Origin: Octopus bimaculoides
Lineage: Eukaryota
Assembly: GCF_001194135.2 (NCBI RefSeq)
Contig: NC_068985.1
Location: forward strand, 77,569,726-77,633,725
DNA length: 64,000 bases
Direction: 5' to 3'
Positions within the stretch are counted from its first letter, which is position 1, and each line of letters opens with the position of its first letter. Positions 1 through 11,740 of this stretch are shown piece by piece. Both the position numbers and the translations under genes were made by a program. The notes below the pieces were generated by a model. That model searched no databases and was not told the origin of the DNA. It saw only the letters and a program-made list of their open reading frames with translations.

Positions 1-195
1 ACTGACCTTATCTAATATGATATGTGCTTCTAATTAGCAATTCAACACTAAAATCTTTTTACCACTACACTATTAACAATTCACATTAAGCTTCAGTTAT
101 AAGTTACACTTCCTGTGCCAAAAACAACAGAGAATATCAATTATGATGGACAGAGACACTAAAAATTATCTGGCATCATCATCATCATTATAATC

Positions 196-230
<35 letters not shown>

Positions 231-246
231 TATATATATATATATT

Positions 247-453
247 AAGGTGGGAAGCTGGCAGAATCAGCAACACACAAGACAGAAATTTTTAGTGGCA
301 TTTGGTCCGCTTTATGTTCTGAGTTCAAATTCTGTCATGGTTGACTTTGCCTTTCATCATTTTAGGTTTGATAAAATAAGAACTAGTCAAGAATTAGGAT
401 CAATGTAATTGACTAGCCCCCTCCTAAAGTTTCAGGTGCCTATTGTAGGAAGC
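247..453 (+). mobile_element. tRNA-derived SINE, family A (ATT tail)
   Basis: A-box-like TGGCAGAATC, B-box GAGTTCAAATTC, body 'gactttgcctttcatc...gataaaataag' and (ATT)n tail; many sister copies in the window. Confidence 0.8.
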
Positions 454-953
454 ATTATTATTATTGAGTTAGAGAGCTGCACACACTATCAAAGTGACAC
501 TGGGGTACTAATATAAGAAGCCCAAATATACAAATATACCTGTCATAATTACCTATTTGATAAGGGTACACCAGTCACATGCATCATAACTGCATGTGTG
601 CAAGTAAACACTAGGGAAAAATGGAGTTAGTGACATTTAAAGAAGAAAAAAATACAGGTTAATTAGAATTTTCCTCAGGTTGAGTAACCCATCTCTCTCA
701 AAAGGTCCCTGAATAAGAGTTATGGTTGATGAAACACCCATGTTTCCAGGGGTGAACTATTCAATCCCAAAAGAATCCCTCTCAAGACATGGCTGTGATG
801 CTCCCCTCAACTACACCTGCTCATGATCAGAGATACACAAATCTCTGGTATTGAGCAGAATATTTGCTGTAGTCCATCTTTTATACCAAGACAAAAACAT
901 GTTAACACTTCCAATCAATTGGGAGCCACTGCCTAGTATTGCATCAGGGCATT
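454..953 (-). mobile_element. ~500-bp non-autonomous retroelement, family C, (AAT)n tail
   Basis: Aligns end to end with 56520-57078, with the same termini (gag(t/tg)agagag ... gcatcagggcatt); sits in (ATT)n microsatellite. Confidence 0.65.
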
Positions 954-1007
954 TATTATTATCATTATTATTATGGCTTTTCAACAACAAAAGAAAAAAA
1001 CAAGTTG

Positions 1008-1298
1008 AATCATCATCATCATCGTTTAACATCCGCCTTCCATGCTAGCATGGGTTGGATGATTTGACTGAGGACTGGTGAAACCGGATGGCAACACCAG
1101 GCTCCAATCTAATTTGGCAGAGTTTCTACAGCTGGATGCCCTTCCTAACGCCAACTACTCAGAGAGTGTAGTGGGTGCTTTTACGTGTCACCCGCACGAA
1201 AACGGCCACGCTCGAAATGGTGTCTTTTATGTGCCACCCGCACAAGAGCCAGTCCAGGGGCACTGGCAACGATCTCGCTCGAAAACCCTACAAAGGCC
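1008..1298 (-). mobile_element. Family B SINE / RTE-like 3' end, (GAT)n tail; runs into a gap
   Basis: Near-identical to 1578-1844 and 63775-64000, and to the reverse complement of 5411-5667. Confidence 0.85.
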
Positions 1299-1577
1299 NN
1301 NNNNNNNNNNNNNNNNNNNNNNNNNNNNNNNNNNNNNNNNNNNNNNNNNNNNNNNNNNNNNNNNNNNNNNNNNNNNNNNNNNNNNNNNNNNNNNNNNNNN
1401 NNNNNNNNNNNNNNNNNNNNNNNNNNNNNNNNNNNNNNNNNNNNNNNNNNNNNNNNNNNNNNNNNNNNNNNNNNNNNNNNNNNNNNNNNNNNNNNNNNNN
1501 NNNNNNNNNNNNNNNNNNNNNNNNNNNNNNNNNNNNNNNNNNNNNNNNNNNNNNNNNNNNNNNNNNNNNNNNNNNNN
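1299..1577. other. Assembly gap (other gaps: 9865-10225, 12734-12743, 22453-22910, 35283-35765, 45742-45794, 56253-56262)
   Basis: Runs of N. Confidence 0.99.
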
Positions 1578-1844
1578 GAATCATCATCATCATCGTTTAA
1601 CATCCGCCTTCCATGCTAGCATGGGTTGGATGATTTGACTGAGGACTGGTGAAACCGGATGGCAACACCAGGCTCCAATCTAATTTGGCAGAGTTTCTAC
1701 AGCTGGATGCCCTTCCTAACGCCAACTACTCAGAGAGTGTAGTGGGTGCTTTTACGTGTCACCCGCACGAAAACGGCCACGCTCGAAATGGTGTCTTTTA
1801 TGTGCCACCCGCACAAGAGCCAGTTCAGGGGCACCGGCAACGAT
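1578..1844 (-). mobile_element. Family B SINE / RTE-like 3' end
   Basis: Same sequence as 1008-1274 apart from two substitutions near its end. Confidence 0.85.
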
Positions 1845-2600
1845 GTAAGAGAATAATTTTTTAAATGGTTCAAATTCAAAGAAGTTTTCAAATATCAGGG
1901 ACTGTATTAGTAGGGTTTTGATGTAATGACTAAAGAGTTAGTGGCTTGTATCTTGTAACCGGTGCTATTTTGTCAGTGAAAAAAAGAAAAAAAAAAACCT
2001 TTTGAAATAGATAGTGAGATAACTTGGATGAAATCATTTACTTTCTTTTTTTTTAATAACATGTTAGCATTCACAAGATTGTAACAACTAAATAATTTAA
2101 CAAGTTAGGTTTATTTTATTATAGTGCTTGGCCATTTGAAGCCTTGTGAGTGGATTTGGTAGGTGGAAACTGAAAAGAAACCTGTCATGCATGTACATGA
2201 CAAGTTTCTTATGTTTTTGTTTACATGTGCACTCACTTCTGTCAAAGTTATGACATTCAAGTGATGTTGCTGTTGGCACTTCTGTCAATAAATCATCTAT
2301 TTACTTCATGCCTTTGAAGCTGTGTGGAATAAGAGATCCTTTTCTTGAAAAACCAAAGGTTAGCATCAGGATGGGCACTCAGCTGTAGAAAAAACACTTT
2401 CTCAGTAACACATTCATTTAACTTATGCTAGTATAAAAAAAAAAAACATGTAAAAACAAACATATTCTCTACAGTGTGATATCAGTTGGTAAAATTTAAA
2501 GAGTAACTGCTTGGTTAGCTAGAAATAGCACCCAAATCTTGGATAAATAGAAAAGATCAAGTTCACTGCTTTCTAACCTTCCATCAGCTAGGTCTTTTCC

Positions 2601-2799
2601 TTAACCTTTTAGCATTCAGATTATTTTGTCTATAGTAATGGTTATTTATTCTCGTAACTTTGAGACTTCAATGATGTAATGGTTTATTTTTAGAACAGCA
2701 TTGTAGGATAGGTGTGAAAGACTGGATCTAGCCAGTTTGAATACAAAAGAAGTAGAGTGTTTGGGCCTGATATGGCTGGTTTAAATGCTAAAGGGTTAA
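2601..2799. mobile_element. piggyBac-type MITE, family D
   Basis: TTAA-CCTTTTAGCATT ... AATGCTAAAGGG-TTAA terminal inverted repeats with TTAA target sites; sisters at 45030, 46699 and 62559. Confidence 0.8.
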
Positions 2800-4109
2800 A
2801 CCTTTATTGGAGATACAAAACTCATGAATTAGTGACATAACAGTAGACTTAGAGAATAATGCTTCATTCATCTGAAAAAATTTTGGATTTTGGAATTACA
2901 AGATAAAGTGCTATCAGCAATCGGTGTATTGAATATGTACAGTTTACCAGTCTAAGCAGTAAGATTAACAAGTGTTTCACTAGTTCGCAGTGCTGAGATG
3001 AACCTTTCTTTTAGGTGTGTCTTTAAATATGTAGATGGATCCTGCTATGTTGATTTATCCTCTGTGAAGGTGGAATCTTCAAAGTAGTACATCTTTTATT
3101 ACAATGGCTTGGCAGGCTCACTTCAAGTTCACAAACAAGATGTTTCTTTGGTAATCATTCCTCTGTTCTTAATGTTTAATAATCAGCTTCATTATCCTTT
3201 AATTAATTTGTAATTATTTAAATAATTACCTAATGGATAGCTCTATAAACATTACATACTGATTGATGGGCTTGATACTCTTGATAATGATGTAAAATGT
3301 TGATGATGATGGTAGTGGTTGTGGCAGTGGTAGGTCATAAATATTTATGATGTCATCTGGTGTTTAATGTGCATCAAGTACATCAGTTGCCAGATGACAA
3401 TGTTGTGTGCTTTTATATAGTATTTAACTGATTATTTCAAGTTTTTGGTTGTGGTAACAATGAGTGAGAATATAAATAGTTGACTACCCAACAAAGTGAT
3501 TGAACCCCAGAAGTGCATTTGATGTTGCAATTGCTTTTTTTAATCGTGAGGGATTTTTTGAAATTTTGAAATTTCACCAATTAAGAAACAATGCTTAAAG
3601 TTCACTGAATCTACCATATATAGAGGTTATCATGATACAGCTAAAAGGTTATATTCACTAACTTTTTCTCCAGCGTCTACAGATCTTCCACAGCCACTGT
3701 CATCTCACTACTACATCATGTCACACTTGACTACTGTCTACCTTTCACATAAAGAGTTAAAAAAAACCTTTGTTATCAAGGGTGAAACAAATCCCTAAAC
3801 TTCTTCCGTCTCTTTGATTCTCTAGCTGTCATTACAATCACCCAAACCCAGCCCTGACTATATCAGACAAAAGAATCAAAACTATCAACTAAGTCTACTG
3901 ATCCACTAGGGATGATGTTATCTTTGTAAACTCGGTTATACATATTTGAAAATTAAAAACATTCTCTGTTGACTTTACAATAAAAAGACAAACTTTGTAA
4001 AAAAACAAAATTTCTTATATCTGTTTTATTTAATTTCAGATTACAGTGAAGAGCAGAACATTTCTGCGAATCTGGGGCTGTTTGTTTTCCCTTGGGTTAC
4101 ATGTGAATA

Positions 4110-4152
4110 ATGCTGTTTTTACTTTTGCTTTTGCCCTTCGTAGAATCTAAAG
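4110..4152 (+). CDS. Signal-peptide coding part of exon 4040-4152 of an Ig-superfamily gene (MLFLLLLLPFVESK + 1 nt)
   Basis: Acceptor ttttatttaatttcag ends at 4039 and donor AAG|GTAAGC starts at 4153. ATG at 4110 has A at -3 and an in-frame TGA just upstream. Hydrophobic core followed by V-E-S, a plausible cleavage site. Ends phase 1, matching the Ig exon at 47791. Confidence 0.7.
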
Positions 4153-5074
4153 GTAAGCTATTTCCATTTCTATTACATACTTCTATAAGTACCTACTGCT
4201 TTCCCCTAAAATTCTTGGCTGTGTACCTTCCCTTTCCTTCTTCCCTTTTCTTACTCTCAACTTCTACATTTCTCTACAGTTAACTACCTGCTCTTATTTC
4301 CCCACTAATTACTAAGCTCACACACTTCAAACTGTCAGTAATCATGCAAACCCCAGAAGTCCCTGACTTGCTAAGGGTTAAAACTCTATGAATTTTCCCC
4401 CCATCTCCCTTAGCTAACAAAAGATTAAATGGCTGATATAGATAAGATATTGAGACATTGGATCATAGACCCTGAGGTCTTGCAACAAATGAGTCAGACT
4501 CTTAAATATTTTGTGACTATATTTTTTATGGAATATACTTCCATTTAATTTCAAAATAATTAACAAATCTGAGTGGTTTATTAAAAATGACTTCATTATT
4601 AACCCTTTAGCATTTAAACAGGCAATATATTTTTTGTGCAGAGTTATAGATATCAAAAAGCTCTTGCATAAAATTTAAACCTCTTTTACTTCATTTTTAT
4701 TTTTGAAATAATCTATAGTGTATGTGTGCAACCATGTGTGTTGACTCCCTGCCACTAAGACTCCTATCTGGATCCCACATGGTGATGTATGGTAACTGGG
4801 CTTTTCACAGATCCAAGCTGATTTGGCAAGCAATGTCAAAGCAATTGTATTTCCCAAATATAGTATTCAGGCTTGTCCGAATGGATACATCCTGATATTT
4901 ATCAACTACTACTTGGTTGCCTTGTTTGTAAATCCTGGAAAGAAAGGTTTTGAAGAATATACTCTGAAAGAATGTGGAAACCAACTTTTTTTACTCTTTA
5001 GTGTTCAGATTAATCTGTCAAATGTAATGCTAATTTGTTCACATTATTTTGAATTATTCAGGTTCAAGAGGGGT

Positions 5075-5190
5075 GTCAACAATATTTGCTTGTAACTTTG
5101 TTGATTTTTTACATACAGATTTGAAATTTTGTCAACAATATTTGCTTGTAACTTTGTTAATTTTTTACATACAGATTTGAAATTTTGTCA
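5075..5190. repeat. 56-bp tandem duplication (2 units, 1 mismatch)
   Basis: Unit gtcaacaatatttgcttgtaactttgtt(g/a)attttttacatacagatttgaaatttt starts at 5075 and 5131. Confidence 0.9.
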
Positions 5191-5410
5191 GTGGGTGCTT
5201 ATATATCAGTGGATTATAACTACGTAATTTTAACTGATCTTGCTGATTAAATTTGACTTTTATGGGCAGGAAAATTTAATGAACACGTGTAAAAGCAATA
5301 ACATAATGGATAAACAATAAAATTGACATTTTTAATGCATCTTACCTGTATGAGTTTGTCAACTGCCAACAATTTTGCTACTTTTCAAGATAAGATACAT
5401 TAATTTGAAT

Positions 5411-5667
5411 TGTGCAGGTGGCACATGAAATGCACCATTTTGAGCGTGGCCGTTGCCAGTACCGCCTGACTGGCCTTCGTGCGGGTGACACGTAAAAGCA
5501 CCCACTACATTCTCTGAGTGGTTGGCGTTAGGAAGGGCATCCAGCTGTAGAAACTCTGCCAAATCAGATTGGAGCCTGGTGTAGCCATCTGGTTTCACCA
5601 GTCCTCAGTCAAATCGTCCAACCCATGCTAGTATGGAAAGCGGACGTTAAACGACGACGACGACGAC
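5411..5667 (+). mobile_element. Family B SINE / RTE-like 3' end, (GAC)n tail
   Basis: gttggcgttaggaagggcatccagctgtagaaac...ggaaagcggacgttaaacgacgac; inverted relative to 1578-1844. Confidence 0.85.
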
Positions 5668-5975
5668 AGGTATAATCGGTACAAGATTTTATTCTGTCTC
5701 TGTTTCATTCAAACATTTTCATTGTACAAAACTCATTCTAGTCAATATACCATTGGCTATGTACTCTTATACAATTTAATGAATACAATTACATAACAGA
5801 ATGCATCTAAAAAAAAAACAAAACAAAAAAACAACTCATTAACAGGTGAGGCAAAAGTGAATACAGGTGTGTAACATACTGAAAATTAATATGTATTTCT
5901 CACTTTCACATTATTTGTAATAGATTGAAAGGAATATATGACAGTATTACTATCAAACAACAAAATATAGTTATG

Positions 5976-6600
5976 TCATATTTCTATCATGAAACCTTTA
6001 CACAAGGGTACTTTGCAAAACGAACACATATATGAGGTCTCAACCTGATATCCTTTCGCAGTTTTTCTTTTTTGCAGTGAACACAGTCTGCAAACTTTTT
6101 TCCTTCCATTCATTTTTTCCACTTAATGGAAGTCAATATTTTCTCTGACACCCACCTCAGTTAATTTTGCTTTTCTCCCAGTTCTGTGCTTTCTGGAAGG
6201 AAAGCCCTCACATAACTGAGATGTGATGTCAGCCTGAAATTTCAAATGGTCATAGTCCTTTGGTGGCAGAGGTACCACCATAAACAATATATCAAATAAC
6301 TATAGTTAGACATAATGCTGGAGGTATATGGATCACCATACTTTATATCAGGATTCCAGTAGTTACAAAAGCTTGCATTTCTGCAGTATCAGTTGGCTTC
6401 CATAGTGGATTGGGTCTTCCATGAATAGAAATTATGCATTGAGCATATTTCTTTCCTCCACAACATTTTCAAAAAACCTTTTTGGTAAAAATAACTAGTC
6501 CAATGGTTTTGTATCAATGCTAGAAATACTCTTACAATTAAACCAACCCAGTCAAATAATAGGTTGCTTTAATTAACTGTCATCCCTGCATCACAAATTG
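5976..6600 (-). pseudogene. piggyBac transposase relic (internally deleted)
   Basis: Minus strand gives KKVCRLCSLQKRKTAKGYQVETSYMCSFCKVPLCKG (piggyBac C-terminal cysteine-rich domain) and, upstream, WKPTDTAEMQAFV (N-terminal PGBD-like motif), with stops and frameshifts. Confidence 0.7.
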
Positions 6601-6671
6601 TTCTAGAAAAACATTTCTTGTGTTAGAAATCATAATTTTAATTATTGACCTCATTGAAGTTCTGTGTTCAA

Positions 6672-8107
6672 GAACTTCTGGGATGAGGTAGCCAAACAGG
6701 GTGGCCAGTCTTATCCAAAAATGGGCTGAGAGGAAGCTGTCCCTGAAAGGTCAAACAGTGGTGGCGAATGCTTACATCACCTCCATAATCATTTACCACC
6801 TGATTGTCGTGCTTTGTCCTGGTTACTGCTTGACCAGGTTGGAGTGTCTCTTATTTAAATTCTTGTGGAAGGGAAGTGTTCAGACAGACAGGCAGGCAGG
6901 CAGTCAGTCTAATAGCAACCACTGAGTCGCGGATTAGGTATGCCGTGGCTCCTAATGCACAGACACGCTCTTAGGTTATATCACCTGCAATGATTTCTGG
7001 ATGGTGAGTGTGTGTGGGTTCCGTTTATGAGGCTCGTCTTTCTGCAGCTCATCTCCTTGATGGAGCTTCAGTCCTGGGTGAAGAAAAAAACCAAGACTGA
7101 GCGCCTGGTGCCTAGAATGTTGTCAAGCGCTCCCATCCTCTACTAGTCGGGCAATGGGATTGGTCAATGTTCCGCTTTAGAAATCTATAGAGAATTAGTG
7201 GCAGGGAAGTGGGATGGTATTCTTGGAGAGACTCTGGGTGCTGACAAGAACAAACTGGCTAGTCTGTTCCAGAGGACTTACCGGTTCGGAGTTATCATGA
7301 ATAATTTCCAGATGTCCTTGGCCTAGCAGTGCTACCCATTCGAGATAAACTCTACAGGCACAGATGTGCTGTCAGATGAGCTTGTCAAAGGTGTCCACAG
7401 AGTGACGAAACCGTTCTGTACGCCCTCGTTCAGTGTCCAGACATTGCTGACTTGCTGGGTTATGTTGAACAGCTGCTGTCACATTTGGGACAGATCTCTC
7501 TGTTGGCGAAGTCTGTAGTGATGATCGCACCACTGCCCTCTTTCAATCAGGCAGGTAAGGCAGTTTTCCTTTGTTTGGTGACTGTGACAAAAGAGGTTGT
7601 TTGGTAGACAAGGCTGTAAGGCCTGAGGACGGATACATTCCTCTTTGATAGAGCTCTCTCATTGACTCACTTGAAAAGGAAGTTGAAAGTGGAGAGGGAA
7701 GTGCTGTCCTCAAGTGAGTTTATTGAAAGGTGGGTGAAAGTTGCTAAAATGGCAAGAGTGGATGGTACCTCTCTAAGTGTAGACCTGTGAGTCAGAGAGA
7801 AGAAATTGGAGAGGACCCTTGCTCCTGGGGTTTGAGGGAAATCTCGGACAGTGGGGTTCCTTGATTATCCCTAGAGGCCTTCCTGTATTAGGAGGGCCAC
7901 ATCTCTATGATCTTCCCTCCCACTTTTTCTTTTTAAAAAAACCTTTGTATGCTATGCATGTGTACCTTCTTTTTCAGTCTATACCATGTATAATTTCTTT
8001 CGTTTTTTTTTTATCATTTCATAATATGTAAACCCCAACACTTTATATCTGTCTTTGTATTGCCCCCCCCCCCTCATCCTTCACCCTTGTGGCAAATAAA
8101 TGAAGTT
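6672..8107 (+). mobile_element. 5'-truncated Tx1/L1-clade LINE (ORF2 C-terminus + 3' UTR), degenerate
   Basis: VASLIQKWAERKLSLKGQTVVANAYITS...LFKFLWKG, a later CQRCPQSDETVLYALVQCP CCHC finger, multiple stops, and AATAAA at 8095-8100. Confidence 0.85.
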
Positions 8108-8126
8108 ATCATCATCATTATTATTT

Positions 8127-8345
8127 TGGCAGCAAATTAGCAGAATTGTTCGCATGCTAGACAAAATGCTTAGCAGCATTTATTTCAGCTTCACATTCTG
8201 AGTTCAAATACTGCCATGGTCAGCTTTGCCTTACATCCTTTGGAGGTCGATAAAATAAGTACCAGTTCAACACTGGAGATGATGTAATTGACTCACCCAA
8301 CCCCCCAAATTTCAGGTTATAATAGAAAGCTTTATTATCATTATT
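8127..8345 (+). mobile_element. Family A SINE, followed by a more degenerate copy to ~8530
   Basis: A/B-box-like head and family A body. Confidence 0.75.
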
Positions 8346-10246
8346 CAGGCATTTTACTAGCAGACTCATTAGAACAGTGGTAAAAATGCTACATTCTTTA
8401 TATTCTGAGTTCGCAGTACCATTCAGTTACTATGGTGCTGAAATAAAGTTCTACTAAAAGTACAAGAGATGATGTAATTGACTGATCCTCTTCTGCTGGC
8501 CTTGTGCCAAATCAAAAACCATAGTTATTATTATCATCATCATGCTTCTTTCTGGAAGCAAATAAACAAGAATTGTTCTGAATTCTTTCCTTCTTTCTCT
8601 CTCTCTTTTTTTTTTTTGTTACAATAATCTATATAATACTCAAAAGTGCTGATGCCTTTTGCAAATTAGAATGGAATCAGTACTTGATTTTCTTGTGTGT
8701 GTACTTGACATTGTATCTGGTAGTTGTGTTTTGTTTTGTTTTCTCTTGTTTCTGTTTGATATCTACTTAAACATGGCGTCTGCTCTCTTACGTCTTCCTA
8801 ATCCTTCATATTTACTGCTGTTGTATACATCTATCTACATGGCTGCTCTTTACCCCCACTGAAACAAATCAATATAACTAGCTAAACCATAATTTTCCAC
8901 CACATCCTTTTCTTCTTCTCTCTTTCCCCATTCTTTGCATCTCCACCTCCTCCTCCTCTCTCTCTACTCCTCTCCCTTTAAATATACACCATTTTCTATG
9001 CCTCTAATACATTCTGCTTCCAAAGTGCTGCCTATCTACCTACATAAAACCGACCCATCATGCCACCTACCTTTCTTATTTTTTTCGTGTCTTCTTCAAC
9101 TGTCTATTCTATTAGCTGTAATCCATCCAACCAACCATTTACTCTTGCACCTATCTGGAAAGATAGAATGGATGGATCAATCAACCAACCAGTCAATCAA
9201 TCAATACACACACACATATATATAGATGTGTGTGTGTGTATACAGAGAGAGAGAGAGAGAGAGAGAGTCATATAGACTAAAGATATTCAAATACACTATT
9301 AAGAGAGATGTCATTGTGAGAAGGAGGAGGTGGAAGGAAGCTTTATTGGGTAGTTGTAACACTATTACTATTGACTCAGAGTGTGTTTCGTGAAGAATTG
9401 GTCTAGCTAGTAGTGGCTCAGGATTCTGCGGTGGATTAATAAACACTGGCTCCATATTACCCCCATATATCATTTGATCTATTGTGCAATGATTCTCTAC
9501 TTCATCTCTTATTTACACTTTCCTATCTGTTTATTAAAGGTTGTTTTGAGGACTTTTTTTTGTATTTTTTTTGTAATCTTTATTTACACTGGTTTTTGTT
9601 TTAATTGAAAACTGCTAAAATGTCATTGCAGTTAACATGTAAATTCTGTATTCTAGTATGTTTGTAGAAGACAAAAAACGATTCTATTCTATGCTTATGT
9701 ATCCTTCCTTGCTTATCATATGTGCATATGATTGACTGGGTAAGTGTTGGAAAAGGGTGGTTAGCAGTGTATTCATTGTAGGTTCTTTCAACACACAAAC
9801 ATATAGACACATGCACACTCATTTAATGAATACTCATACTTTCTCATGGATATATATATATATANNNNNNNNNNNNNNNNNNNNNNNNNNNNNNNNNNNN
9901 NNNNNNNNNNNNNNNNNNNNNNNNNNNNNNNNNNNNNNNNNNNNNNNNNNNNNNNNNNNNNNNNNNNNNNNNNNNNNNNNNNNNNNNNNNNNNNNNNNNN
10001 NNNNNNNNNNNNNNNNNNNNNNNNNNNNNNNNNNNNNNNNNNNNNNNNNNNNNNNNNNNNNNNNNNNNNNNNNNNNNNNNNNNNNNNNNNNNNNNNNNNN
10101 NNNNNNNNNNNNNNNNNNNNNNNNNNNNNNNNNNNNNNNNNNNNNNNNNNNNNNNNNNNNNNNNNNNNNNNNNNNNNNNNNNNNNNNNNNNNNNNNNNNN
10201 NNNNNNNNNNNNNNNNNNNNNNNNNATATAGAAATAGCATGCTTTT

Positions 10247-10318
<72 letters not shown>

Positions 10319-10348
10319 CATACACATACATACATACATACATACATA

Positions 10349-11188
10349 CAGGGTGAATAAACTGTTGTCTAAATTATACAATAATGAAAATAACACTGAC
10401 ATCTCATTTGAACAGATATATTTACCAAAATTACATAAAAATATCTTGAAATACTAAAGAGTAAATTTATTCAATAAAATCACCATTGGCGTCAACCACA
10501 ACCTCCGGATGACTTCGGAATTTCTTGCAACTCATCTAGTTGGTCTCCTTGTTTAAGTTGGTGAATGCTGCCATAATCCTTGCCTTCAGTTCATCTTTGG
10601 TGTTACAAGGAGTTTTGTTGGTCTCTCACTCAACTGTGCCCTACACATAATAATCAAGGGGGTTGCAGTGTGGAGAGTTAGGTGGTCAGATGTTAGGGGT
10701 GGTATGGTCGTAGAAATTGCCTGACAGCTATGACTGGGTTCTCCTGCTTGTGTGGCATGGTGCAGAGACCTGTCGCCAGATATAGGGTCTTCCAGCAGCC
10801 ACCCTACTTCAAGGCACTTGATGTAGGCCTCCATGCTGATTGTGAGGCCATGTGGGAAGATGAATAGAGGCATAACATTGCCATTGCAATTGATTGCTCC
10901 AAGCACCATGATGTTGAATGGATGTTTGATTTTTATCACTCTCGGTACATGTTCTCAGATTGACACCCAAACACTCTGAAATACTCATATTGGAGCTTTT
11001 GGTATGAATACCAAGCACTACAGCATGTCATTTCCAAATTTCTGGTAGAGTGAATTGCATCATGGTGCTGTTTTTTTCACAGATGGTGCCCAACTGACCC
11101 TACTATACTGTGTAGATGACAGAATCAGACAATACACATGCGCGAAATAAAAAATATAAAATGGCGACAATTTACACATCACACCCTA
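10349..11188 (-). mobile_element. Tc1/mariner superfamily maT-like (DD37D) element, internally deleted
   Basis: TA-CAGGGTG ... CACCCTA-TA ends. Minus strand reads WRQVSAPCHTSRRTQ...PPNSPHCNPLDYY, with 37 residues from the mutated second catalytic position to the D of PLDY, and several stops. Confidence 0.75.
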
Positions 11189-11323
11189 TATATATATGTG
11201 TATATATATATATGTATATATATATGTATATATATATATATATGTGTGTGTGTGTAGATATTTAGCAGAAGCAATCAAGTAACTCAAGGACTGAGAGTTT
11301 AGTGCAGCTAATGCATGAAACTA

Positions 11324-11364
<41 letters not shown>

Positions 11365-11369
11365 TGATA

Positions 11370-11740
11370 TTAGTCTGCATCCATGCTGGGCACTACCTTG
11401 TAAGTGGTTTAATTGAAAAGCATCAACCCCAGTACTTATTTTATAGGCCTGCTAACGCTGAACTGCCAAACTACGGTGATGTAGCATAAACAAACCAGCA
11501 CTGGCTGTCAAGTGGTGTCGGTGGGGGGGGGGGGCAGATACTTACACACAAATAAATGTGTGTGTGTGTACACATACCCATGCACATACACAGCATCTTC
11601 CAGCTTCCACCTCTCAAGTTCATTCACAAAGTGTTGATTGGCCTGGGCCAGTAATAGAAGTCACTTGCCTGAGGTATCAAACAGTGAGACTGAATCCAGA
11701 ACCATGTGGTTAGGAAGCAAACTTCTTACCACACAGCTAC
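11370..11740 (-). mobile_element. tRNA-derived SINE family O (OR/CORE-like)
   Basis: Reverse-complement similarity to 18866-19269. Confidence 0.65.

Noticed and set aside
1078-1638. Long ORFs across N-gaps (also 9757-10457, 22287-23130, 35235-35888)
   Set aside because: Length comes from X codons; flanks are SINE or microsatellite sequence.
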